Assembly (NCBI RefSeq): GCF_008831285.2
Contig: NC_045138.2
Location: 13,764,001-13,828,000 of the forward strand
Length of the DNA: 64,000 nucleotides
Direction: 5' to 3'
DNA from: Nymphaea colorata
Taxonomy: Eukaryota
Part shown: one piece after another, positions 50,470 to 62,562 of the stretch
How the letters are laid out: each line of letters opens with the position of its first letter
How positions within the stretch are numbered: the stretch's first letter is position 1
Position numbers and translations under genes: made by a program
The notes under the pieces: model-generated
What the model was told of the DNA's origin: nothing
The model's input: only the letters and a program-made list of their open reading frames with translations
The model's database searches: none

Positions 50470-50747
50470 TGTCCAAAAATTTTTTTTATCAGCTTTCATA
50501 TGGATGTTGGCAAAAGTTTTTTACCAACATCACTAATCGTCTATTAAATTACGTTTAGGAAGTATCGGTGATGATGCCTACACCAACGCGCACAGTGATG
50601 GGTGTTTTAGAAATGTCATTGAAAGTTTTTATGGACATTTTTTCTTCACGGACGACCGACATAGACATTGATAAAAATTTTACCAACGTGCATTGCCATT
50701 TTACCAACATTTTCTGGCAGTGAGTAAATCCACTTTTCTTTGTAGTG
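50470..50747. mobile_element. CACTA (En/Spm) element terminal fragment
   Basis: Ends TTTTCTTTGTAGTG (reverse complement CACTACAAAGAAAA, a CACTA-type TIR). It is preceded by repeated TTACCAAC/CCGAC subterminal-like motifs. The other end was not found. Confidence 0.55.
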
Positions 50748-51295
50748 CTGCTCTCATATTTAGGGCGTCAACATATGTAGGGTCGATGTGGATGGGGGTT
50801 GGATCTATAGAGGCAAACTAATGTGTATTTGTAAGGTCATTTTTTTTTATCTAACAATTAAACATGACAGACCCATCACTGATAAAATGAAGCGGCTTAT
50901 ATACGCTGTGCCATACACAAAATTTTCATGCAGCACTATAGTAATGAAGAAAAGTACCCCTAGTTAATAGAAAACCAAAAACTTTTGTAGTGACAGACAA
51001 AAAACATGAAAAAAAGTAAGGTTTTGGGATTTGATAAAGTTGAAACCAAATGATTGTGTCACTTCTTACATGCAGATCATTATGACTAATATACTCTGGG
51101 GGCGCCTAGGCCGTGGCCCGCCCCACACTAGCTGGAAAAACAAATTTACATTAAAAAAAAAAAGTTGTTCAATGTTTTTTTTTGTTTAGGTTCAGTTTAG
51201 CCCTACCCAAATTTGAGGTCAGATTATTTGGCCTATCCCTAAACGAAATCCTGGTTTCGCCCCTGACCAACAAAGAAACTTCTTAGTCTTTTTTG

Positions 51296-51490
51296 CCTCG
51301 CTCATGTCATCATCTCATAGTCCTCATGTCATACCCTTGTTGTTATCTCATGCCCTTGTCATTATCTCATTCCACATTTTGTCATTATCTCAGACGTTTA
51401 GGTAATAGATAATGACAAGAGTAGGAGATAATGAGTATGATATAATGATAGAGATATGAGATAATGAAAAAGTTATGAGATAACAACAAG
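51296..51490. repeat. Foldback-like modular inverted repeat of (TGTCATTATCTCA) units
   Basis: The left half repeats TGTCATTATCTCAT variants and the right half repeats their reverse complements. CTTGTTGTTATCTCAT (51336-51351) pairs perfectly with ATGAGATAACAACAAG (51475-51490). Confidence 0.8.
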
Positions 51491-54254
51491 ATTAAAATGT
51501 TTATTGTGTACATCCAATGCTAGGATATTGAAGTAAACATACATTCAAATTATATGATATACTTTCGGCGCATGATCATTTTTTACACAAGGGTGGCGTA
51601 CTCCTGAAAAGATGCACACCGACAAATAAAACATAGAAAATGGACGAGTCGCAATTCATGCCTTCCACGGTTATCTCACTTCCTCAAACTGTTAATTGTC
51701 CACAGAAGAACGCAGGTATATAAATACAAGTAAAGACATTCAAGTTCATACATATAATTCCAAGAAAGAACAAAAGAACCGTGAAAGTAAGCTAGATGTG
51801 TAAAGTAGGTTCTATGAAGTTTTACAATGTAATAATAACATATCAGCTTTTGGCCAATAAAATTCAATGCAGACATAAAATTGTTACTATCTTTAATTAT
51901 TTTTATATTTTCTTAAATTTATTTTACATGTCCACCTACATGAGTTAGATTTGTAGGCAAAAATAGCAACGTTTCGAGAGACAATCGAATTAGAATAAGC
52001 AAGCATTTCAAAATATTATTAACCAGACTAAGGATGACGGGTGTTCCAAATTATTTGAAGTCGTTGGTTCGCTCCAAAAGACGTGTTAAAAGGCCCTGGT
52101 CAAATATGTTGCATGATGCAAGCTATAATTTTAATAGAAAAATGAACTTTTGGAGGCATATATATTCCAACCTAGGTACATCTGAGTAGCCTCTCCCATC
52201 TTTCGCCTAAGCTGGTTATCAGCATGCATACTTCTGTTTTCATGGAAATCCATGTATAAGGTATACAATGACCAAAGCACCCTTATTAAAATACTTTTTT
52301 AAAAGGCAAAAAGAATTTAAAAAAGAGCAAAAAAAGTTTAAAATGTCCTTTATTTTATTAAAAAAATCTCAAAAAAAATACCCCCACCCTCCTTTGATGC
52401 ATACTTGTTGTGTGCACGCGCACAAAAGTGTGCATGCAACTCAATCTCATCTTTTGCTGCTGTAAGCCAAAGGCCTTTAAAGTCTTACGCTTTCAATGGA
52501 AAAACCAGCGCTCCTTGCAGGGATCAATAAAGTAAAGAATCGATTGGATTCATTCACTTGCATGTACGTGGGTCTTAATTTGACTGCATGAACAAAAGTG
52601 GAACAGGTCTTGGTCGCTTTTTAGTTCCTATACCCTACTTTGGAAGAGTATGTATGAAACCTGTTTGCTTTTGAGGGGGACGAAGGCTCCTACCGGCCCT
52701 CCCTTGGCTCCATCATTGAAAGTGGGAGGGCCATGTTAGTCTCTCATGTCCAAGGGGGAAATGTTGGTGCTTCTACATTGTAGGACTAAAGTATGTGGCC
52801 ATGGTGCCTCGCTCATGGGATCAAACACCAGTTGACGACATGACTCCTCTTCCTCAAACAGTAGGAGCAATAATGTGGCTATTGTTACATATGGAATGCA
52901 TTTAAAAGTATCTCTTTCACAAATTAGTAGTTTTCAGCTTTTAAAATGCCCACGAGTGAGTTTGTTGGTGAACGATGGTCGCGTAAAAGACATGTCCTAT
53001 CAAAAGTGCAAGTTATAAGAATAGCTAGATAGTTACTGTTTTATAAACCTGACTCAAAGATTGCTTAATCAAGCAACTATTAGTGTTACCAAATAACACA
53101 TCAACATCAAAGGATGTTCGAATGCCGATCCATCTAGAAAACTTATTATTCCCTTTCATTACTTTTGACTCAGATTCATGCATACACGTACTCCAAATTA
53201 AAGAACAGGTTAATCTGAAGGGGGCCATGAACGATCCACGTCCCAACCTGTCCACAGAGCCCACATCCCCTGGTGGGCGACATATTCGGAGCACCTTCCC
53301 ATGTGGTCTGGATTTGAAGAGAGAAACGAGTTTGAAGCCAGCCAATATGTACCCAACTTTTAATTAATGGGCTGACATCCGGACTGAATTGACAGACAAC
53401 AGAAAACCATCAAACCAGTTTTGCTTTCTAAAAGTTCAAGAAACGGTTGTGAGCACTTAATTTGATTCAATGAATTTTTCTTTTTTGGGGTTGTAACGAC
53501 TTAATTCGGGAAACTGATATTGACAACTTAGTAGAAGCTATAGCTAGGGTGACTCCACCTAATTTTCGTTTTCAAAGTCACAGATTGTCATTGTCGTGTT
53601 CAATGTATGTCGAAGTGAGGCCAGACACCAAAGGCTAAAAGGAGTTGTGCATAAGCTTCAGGAAAAATAATTAAAATATATAATATAAATAAAACAACCA
53701 TAGAATAAGTTATGTAATTGGGCACCAATGTAACAAAAAATGGCATACAGTATATGCATTAAACACGTAAAAAGCACATCGCCTGTAACAATATGTTAAT
53801 GAAGTAACAATCACTGTACAGTTGAATAAGATGGATTGTAATTAGCACTTAAATCCATATCGCTGCTGCATAATTTAACAAGTTTGTAGCATGTAAGAAT
53901 TCATTGCATATGAGTGTGCCAAACTAATTCATATTTAATATTGCAGGTAAAGACCAATTAGACAAAGGAAGACCAACCATCTCGTCGTCAATTAGGCCGA
54001 ATGAGTATTTTTTTGCTTAGATGGCCAGTATATGGTCGAAGTCTGCCCTATTACTAGTGAAATGACTTGATTCTGTCTAATTTGATATTATATGAAGATC
54101 GAGTCAGCTATGTATCATGTCGTTGAACGTCTTGACCCAAAAGGGTGCATGTATATGCCATTGAATGTCTAAAAAGGACGTAAACCTCAATGAAATGCAA
54201 ACGACCAAATTCCAACGAATTTTGATTTCATGCCCAGATTAATGTATCTGCCGA

Positions 54255-54950
54255 GAGATACGGGGCAGCATAGGCAAATATATCTGCTCTGGTATCCGTC
54301 GATATACTAATTATAAAAAAATAAGCGACAAATAATGCAATGTAAATAAAGCTGGGCATTGGGCGGGGCTGAGCTGGTTCAAGGCTCAACAAAGTCGGTT
54401 TTGGGGAGATATGGGGCAGCATAGGCGAGTATGTCTGGTCCAGTATGCGTCGATATACTAATGATAAAAAGATTAGTGACAAATAATGCAATGCACATAA
54501 TGCTGGACATTGGGCTGAGTTGGGCCGGGCCAAGGCTCAACAAAGTCAGGTTCGAGCTGGCCCAAATCCTTTGGCGGCTGACCAAGCCCAGCCCGCTTGG
54601 TTATTGAGCAGGGCTAGACTATCAACTTCATACCCATCTGAGTACCAGGTTCATGTTTACTCATAATTTGAAACTCTTTACACTTCAGTTTTTATTAACT
54701 CAAAAATACATATCGATGAATCAAGTGTTTTTAAGAGAGTTATTAGTGGTACACGAAGAATTTTTAAGGGAGCCATATATATCGGGCTGGGTCAAGCCCC
54801 CAATACCCAGCTCCGGCCAGTCTGGCTTGATAAGTAGTTTTGTAGGGTTTGATAGTTATGCCCAACTATCAAGTACCCAGTCCAAGCTCGGCCCGTCACG
54901 AGTTAGATGCCCAACTACTTATCGGATACCGGGCCTGTTGCCCACCCTTA
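54255..54950. mobile_element. Degenerate hAT-like MITE with an internal ~150-bp tandem duplication
   Basis: Two copies of GAGATA.GGGGCAGCATAGGC...GATATACTAAT...CAAGGCTCAACAAAGTC (~54255-54398 and ~54406-54550). The region ends GTTGCCCACCCTTA (reverse complement TAAGGGTGGGCAAC, a hAT-MITE-like terminus). Confidence 0.5.
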
Positions 54951-56595
54951 AATGTACATAAGATTTTAAGGTCGTCGCCTACTATGCTACGGAGACTATG
55001 TTATTTGCAACGATATTATTGTTCTTAGTTCTGAGAATGAATCAACGCAAATGTTGTGATGGTGCTGAAGTACTTGCACTGTGCTGCGAAGACCACAATG
55101 AAATTATAACTTATACGTAAATTCGACACAAACTTATTTAACAAAAATAACATTTAATTCATTTTTCGAGATATTAAGATGGTCCATGTTTATGCTAGAA
55201 ATACATGATCTAAAGCCTGTCTTCGGCTAAAAAATAAATACGAATGCATAGTAGAAGGTTGTCTGAACTCAAAAATCAAAAGCATATAATTCAACTTTTT
55301 TTCTAATAATTGCTCTGCTAGTAAAATTTTATAGTTATAAGAGTGGCTGATTTTTTACTACTATAAAAAAAAAAAACATTACTTGATTCAAAAAACGATT
55401 AACTTATTATATGTTTATCATCAAAACATTATCAAGATCATACTTACGTGGTCGATTGTGCAAAAAAGGACATGTAAACAATTAATTTTGAAGGGACTGG
55501 GTTTTGTCATTGACCTAGTGATGATCTGAGATCTACCAATTGCTCTGCGTGGGATAGTTATTTTACGATAAAATAACCACGTTTTTGCAAAGTTAATTTT
55601 CCTTATTTAATGAGGATGTGATGCACCGGCAAGTTTCTGGTTGCGATCAACCGGAGTTTCTTTGCCATTCGTTGGCGTAAATGTGCATGTGCATCCGTCC
55701 ACCTCTTCACGTGAATGAACCTACCTCATCTCTCTTTTGGTTTCTTTCAAGTAGCTGTCCCTGCCCACAACATTGAACTGATCAAAGGTTTCGTTCCATA
55801 TAATCAATTTAGAGGGCCAATTTTGACAGATCCAACCTCCAGCGGCCTTCCATCCAACTTTCGTCGCCATAAAATTAAGTTAAACATACAAATATTGAAT
55901 TCTGGTGCCAAGCCGCAGCCTTCACCTTCAACTACATGCATGATGCAACCTTTCAACAACATCAGCACGCACTAGTCGAACAGCTTGCAAGAAAGATGCG
56001 TCTCTCTTGCTCTCTACGTATGGTTAGTCTTTACCAACCGACAAGCCATGTTCATATCGACACGCACCTTAGACACTTGAGCGTCTCTCTACGTATGGGA
56101 TCGCCCATTATATATATATATATGTGGTAGAGGAAATAAGATCATTAACAAACTTGAATAACTGGAATTCTTTCGAGTAGAGTAGTTACAAAGAAAACCA
56201 GTAGCCAGAAAAAGAGCGAGACATTGGTAAGTGTAGCGAAGCATGAAATCCTCATTCCCTGTTTGAGTAACTTTAATTAATACGTGAAGTTGACGGACAT
56301 TGGGCTTCATGCTTCGGAAACAGGGGAGAAAACAACACGCCCCACACGGGTATTTATCGTTCCCCACGTGACTCGATGGGTTAGGAGAGGACCGCCTCAT
56401 TGCAAGTCACAGTCAATCCTACTCATTCATAATACAACAACCTACAAGGACAAGGTGGTAACAAATCTTTTTTGTTTTCCAACAACGGAACGTGTTTACT
56501 GTCAAAAATTTTTTGGTGAGATTTTGGGTCAGCCAACCCACTGTTTGAAAAAGGTCAAAATTTTTACTCAATCCCTCTTTATACATGTTGGTGCT

Positions 56596-56870
56596 TAGAG
56601 GTGTTGGTCTCACCGCGCTTCAACTTGTGTATTGGTAACCTCTTGTTCACAGCACAATGAGTCTTCTTCACAGCACAATGAGTTGACATTCATCTTAGAT
56701 GATATACTTTGATGTTTAGAGGTGTTGCTCCCACAACACTTCAACTTTTTTGTCAGCAATCCCTCATTTGTAGCACATTGAGTTGGCATTTGGATGGTCT
56801 TTCATCCGACGGGGTACAGGGTCTTACTTTGGTACAGTGACCCCTCATTTGGGGCACAATAAGTTACACT
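56596..56870. repeat. Degenerate ~120-bp tandem repeat
   Basis: TTAGAGGTGTTG..CTTCAACTT..GCACA.TGAGTTG.CATT recurs at ~56596 and ~56717, with a third partial copy. Confidence 0.6.
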
Positions 56871-58015
56871 TTGAAAGTTAAAAACGGTAACTGGCCTGCA
56901 CCTATCCCATTCCCATTACAAAGAAGCAGGCTTTTTTTTCATGTTTTATAATTATATTTTCACGCAGCCCCAGCATTTCATCCCTTGTTCAGAAACGCCA
57001 TTCAAGTTGTATGATGTTAATGCCGCCCCCGTCATGCATTAATCTTATTGTTTCAGGAAACAATTGTACACGAGTAGACTCGAGTTTAAATAAGTCGAAT
57101 TCATCATGTGACTCGCGCTTGACTTGTTTACGATTCGAATTTATTTAAATAAATGAATGTGTTCAAGTGGGGCCTTGAACATCCTTATGTTCAACAGTTG
57201 ACTGTTCTTTTACGGCTCCCCTTTGCTCTTTAGCTATCTTTTCCTCCTGCTCCCCGTTGAATGTGCCATCCTCTCTTCTCACATCTGATCTGACCTTTGG
57301 AAGTATCTTTTACAACTACAAAAGACCTGTTTGATTGTTTCAGATCAATCTGCAATTTTGAGGATCGACCCTTCCTCTTCAACCGGATCTCAAATCTACG
57401 TTTTTTTTAATTATAAGTGTAGATTTGTGTTCCCTGTTGGTAGTGGATGCTGACATCCACAACTTGATAAAAACTGATATGTGGAGAATCAAACACAAAC
57501 TAAAAGAACAAAAAGCTTGAATGTTAAATTAAAAATATTCTGCGAAACATGATCTGTCAATTAATTTCTAATTTCTACAAAACAGATTTATTGGCTCTGA
57601 GAATCTCTAAGGCAACACATATTGACCGTTCTTCCAATGGCTCGTAACAGCCAAAATGTTGCTTTTTATGCATTTTTTTATCAAAAGACCAGTAGGATGG
57701 TTATTAAAAACAAATCACATTTGGGCTGAGATATTTCAAGTGTGTTTAAGTTTATATAATTTACCAGACATTAGTGGATAAGTTTATTGTAAAAATAAAA
57801 ACGAACATAAAACATGAAAAAAAAGTAGGTGGAAAAGTGTGATAAAATATTAGCGTTGAAAAAGAAAGGTGTCGCGATAGGGTCGATTCAAGATGGAGCC
57901 CATCACATGTCTTTCCGGAACTAGAGAGTATGCGTTTCGTGGTCGATGCACGTTGACGTGTGCACATTGCCCATGGGAGATGTTTGGTTGGAAGCACTTG
58001 CAGAATTTCCGCAGC

Positions 58016-58023
58016 TATAAATA
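58016..58023 (+). promoter_or_regulatory. TATA box of FAR-D
   Basis: GCAGCTATAAATAGAGA, shared with FAR-C; the CTATAAATAGAGA core is also shared with FAR-B. Confidence 0.75.
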
Positions 58024-58208
58024 GAGAGGAGCCTTCAAGCACAGAGCAGCACCGACGCATTCAAACACCCAACGCGCTGATATTGAAGCGCCCTTCTCGG
58101 TCTCTTGTGCGATAATTTGCACAGCAAGAGAGAGAGATCAGAGTGTGCGTCTCTCTTAAGTTCACTATCAGAAGACCATACATACATACATACAGCTAGA
58201 GAGTAAAA

Positions 58209-58711
58209 ATGCCTACTCTCAGCAGCATTGCGCAGAGTTTGGAGAACAAGAGCATCTTCATCACCGGCAGCACCGGCTTTCTTGCAAAGAGTAATGAGAA
58301 CAACCTCACAATATCTCTCTCCCCCTCTAGAAAATATATATTTATGAGTAGTTTACTTATGCTGGTGGGTTGCGGATGCAGTATTTGTGGAGAAGATACT
58401 GAGGGTTCAGCCACAGGTGAAGCGCCTCTACCTGCTTGTCCGTGCCTCTGATGCTAAATCAGCCAAGCATCGCCTCGACGCGCAGGTAACATGCTTGGGA
58501 TGTAAATGTTTCGGCCTTTGGTAAATTCATGGGGTAATATCTGGGGTTTAAATCTGACCCATGTAGGATAGCTAAAGTTAAAAACCTGTCGCTAAGAAAT
58601 AGTGCTCTACAAGGATTAGGATGGTTTTATGACACAACAACATTGTGGAGTGCTTCTAGTGCTTTTGAGCGGGATATTTTTATTTTTTAGTTATTTAGAA
58701 ATATCTAGCAG

Positions 58712-58788
<77 letters not shown>

Positions 58789-61700
58789 TACACACTGAAA
58801 TAAACTGGCTACCGGATGCTGCCAAAATGTATCATACTTAAATTTATTGCAGAAAACATTATCAGATCAAGGTACTAGATATATCATAAATTTTCGTTAC
58901 TAATAAAGTGTGCTATTATTCTTCTACGTAAAGACTTTTAGTGCATCCGACGACATCGGGCAGCCGGCTAATTTCTACCTATGTATATTTCATATAAAGG
59001 TCCTGCCCAAGTCAGAGATGGTTACTGACTTTGCTGGTTGGGACAACATATACTTTTGTCGTAAGATGTACCATGCCTTTTGTTGTAATTATGAATATTT
59101 TCAGAAAAATATGAAAAAGAAAGTTTTAAATTTGTCTCGATGCAAGCTTTTGAAGAAGGAGCAACGTACGCAAACTACTAAATCAGTGGATTTATAAAAA
59201 AAATAATTCACTTCTGTAGGTGATAAGCAAGGAATTGTTCAGAGTCTTGAGAACTAAGCATGGAGAAGAGTTCGATTCCTTCATTTCCGAAAAGATTTGC
59301 CCGATCGCCGGTGATATGGCAGTGGAGGACCTGGGGATCCAAGAAACTCATCTCAAACAAGAGATCATGGAGGATGTCGACATTATTGCCAATGTTGCTG
59401 CAACTACCACCTTCGATGAAAGGTACGTGCACTGCAATACCGACAAGTTGCTCAAATGTCCCATCTCTATTTTCTGTCGACTTCACTAAAGGAGGTTTTC
59501 TTTGAAAGATACCTAGAAGAGAAGGCATATGAATATCCTTTGTATGTGGTATATATGAAAGGGCATGCAACTCTGTACTGATCTAAATTTAAAGAGGTCA
59601 ATTGATAGGCTTCATTAATATGTAGGGTAGATCGAACGGTGTATACATATATATGTTTCTTTATTCATTAAACTTTGGTTTTGAGACCAGGTATGACGTA
59701 GCTTTGAACATTAATGCCCTGGGAGCGGATCGAGTAGTGGCCTTTGCCCACCGATGCCAGAAACTGCAGATGTTCCTCCACATCTCCACAGGTTAAGTAA
59801 ATTTCGATCCCCTGCGTGCTTTCTGTAATTCGAGACTGCCATGAACTTTCATCTACCTAGCTAAGAGAAAATGGATTCTTTTCACTGATTAGGGAGGGCT
59901 GTCAGGCCTCCATGAAATGTTATTTAGCCATAACCTGACTTAGTAAATTACAAATTACTGTCTCAAAAAAAAAAAAGGCCAACATGTTTGGCTCGCCTTA
60001 ATTTCAGCATACGTTTGCGGGTCCAAGTCCGGTTTGATGATGGAGAAACCGATCCGAATGGGGGAAACACCGAACGGGCAGAACAACCTTGACATAGAAG
60101 CAGAGCTGCGGCTAGCGGAGAAGGAGCTGAAGGAGCTCCGAGCCAGAGGAGTTGAGAAGACGGAAGAAATGGCTGCCATGAAAGAATTGGGCTTCAAAAG
60201 GTCACCTAATCGATCCCTTGCCTATCGACCGAAACGTACAGTTTGACATGTTTTTTCTTCTTTCGAAACCTTATATATATAAGAGTTGCCGGTTGGTCAT
60301 CATCCTTAGACAACGTGGCTTTGAACTGACACCCTCTAATTGTTTTCACTCAGGGCAAGATCTTTTGGTTGGCCTAACTCATATGCTTTTACGAAGGCCA
60401 TGGGGGAAATGTTGATCGGTGAGTCCAGAAAAGATCTGCCCTTGGTGATCATCCGACCAACTATAATTGAATCCACTTTGGTTGATCCTTTCCCTGGATG
60501 GATTGAAGGTTTCAGGTAAATTTCATTTTCCTGGTTCGAGAATAAATTATTATTGGTGATGCGAGTGCAGCAGTTATCTGGTATACCCAATTCCTAATCA
60601 ACTCTCTTAGTTATAGTAAGGGAACTAACACACATACAAGCATATATACACACAGAGAGAGAGAGAGAGAGAGATTTAACAGTGAAAAACAGGTCAGACG
60701 TGAAAAGGATCAGCTGCAGCAAGGGTAGCATATACATGGAAGAGGAACATAGCAGAATTATATTATTCCTTTATTTTTGTGACGATTTGTAAACTGCATA
60801 TGGTTTTGATGTTATTACGTTAATCTTACCACCCCTACTTCATTATCTTTCATTTTCATTGAGAGGGAAAGAACAGTGAGGAACATTTTCAAGTATTCAT
60901 AAACCTTGTTCGATTTGCAGAACCGCCGGAAGCGTAATCATGAGCTATGGCATGGGCAAGTTGAAATGTTTCCCGTCAAATGTCAATCTCCCCATTGATG
61001 TGGTAACGATCCTTATTGATTCGAAGCCTCATTTTTTGTTTTGGTGTAATCACGAAACAATCCAGAAGAATTTGAATTGACTTCTACAACAATTTTCGTA
61101 ATATTTAAAGATTACAGGCGTGATCGGTAGCTCAACACAGATCACCGCCGATATTACTCTTCTGCTTAACATAAAGGCATGACATGAAATTTGGGAAAGT
61201 TACTAATTTTGAAAAATGGCACCAACAGATCCCTGCTGACATGGTGGTCAATGCCATGGTGGTCTCGATGGTGGCACATTCACGGCAACCGCAGTCATTC
61301 ATCTATCATGTTGGATCGAGCAAACAAAATCCAACTACTACTTCACTACTAGCCGATTGCGCGTATCGCTATTTTTCCAACAATCCAGTCAAGGGAAAGG
61401 ATGGCAGGGACATTAGTGTGGACAAACTTTTCGTCTATAGTAGCTTGGACGATTTCCGGAAGTACATGAATTTCTACTATAATGTGCCCTTACAGGTGAA
61501 CCTTACTGAAATGCAGAAACAGTTTTCTTCCTTACAGCTGGAAAATCTTGAAAAAATGCATCTTCTAGCTTTTGGTTCTTTTATTGCAAATAAGTAGTAT
61601 GGTTTTGGCAATCCATCATTAAAAATTTATGTCAATCGCCCTGCTCTTGACGTTTTCGCTTGATAGGCCTTCAAAATCTAACCCTGATCAAGCCAAGTAG

Positions 61701-61961
61701 ATGAAACTTTTATTGGATCAAGTAATTCAGTTAGTAATCTTTACCAACTTCGAGTGCTAGAAAGGATTGGAGGACAATGGACATTTCATCAGATTGCCTA
61801 ATTGGGAAATTTAATACTTGCTTTAGGTATTGAGGCTGGCAAATTTTGCACTATTCAACGTTTGGGGGCGCTTGCACAGGGATCTTACAAGGAAGTACAA
61901 TTTCGCCATGTACTTGGCGGAGCTCTACGATCCATACGTCTTCTTTGATGGAAGGTCTGTC

Positions 61962-62033
<72 letters not shown>

Positions 62034-62562
62034 GCGCATCTAATAAGCAGGCACTTGGATTAACTCATTGAACGTTACAGTATTGTTGTCACAAAAAGGA
62101 TGGTAACCAGCTGTACATTGCTTGTCAAATCCTGTTCCGTTACCTGGTTCAATCTTGTAATGCGAATAATACCTTGTCAAAGCATCATAACTATTCACGT
62201 ACTTCACTGTTTTCACATGCAATACAAGTTGAATTTTTATATTTTAAGATCATCCTCCCTTCATGATAAATGAAAACACTAGTCCGTTGCATTTTCTTTA
62301 AATAGAGACTTGCCGCCTTCACATGGCCTTGAACATTAGTTTAAGTTGAATATTGGAAAGTTTATCTCAATGCTTTTGGCGATTGGTATTAATTTGCAGA
62401 TTCGACGATGGCAACGCGGAGGGATTGAGGATGGTCATGAAAGCCACTGGCATGAAAGAGGCTGAGCAATTCAACTTTGATCCTAAATGTATTAACTGGG
62501 AAGAATATTGTATGAAGGTGTATTATCCAGGACTTGTGAGATATGCGATGGTGCAGAAGTGA
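58209..62562 (+). CDS. FAR: Fatty acyl-CoA reductase ('FAR-D'), 10 exons, 494 aa
   Basis: Exons 58209-58290, 58382-58485, 59220-59422, 59691-59791, 60008-60200, 60354-60515, 60921-61002, 61229-61495, 61827-61954, 62400-62562. GT-AG introns, 1485 nt in frame. Exon sizes are identical to FAR-C. Confidence 0.95.
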
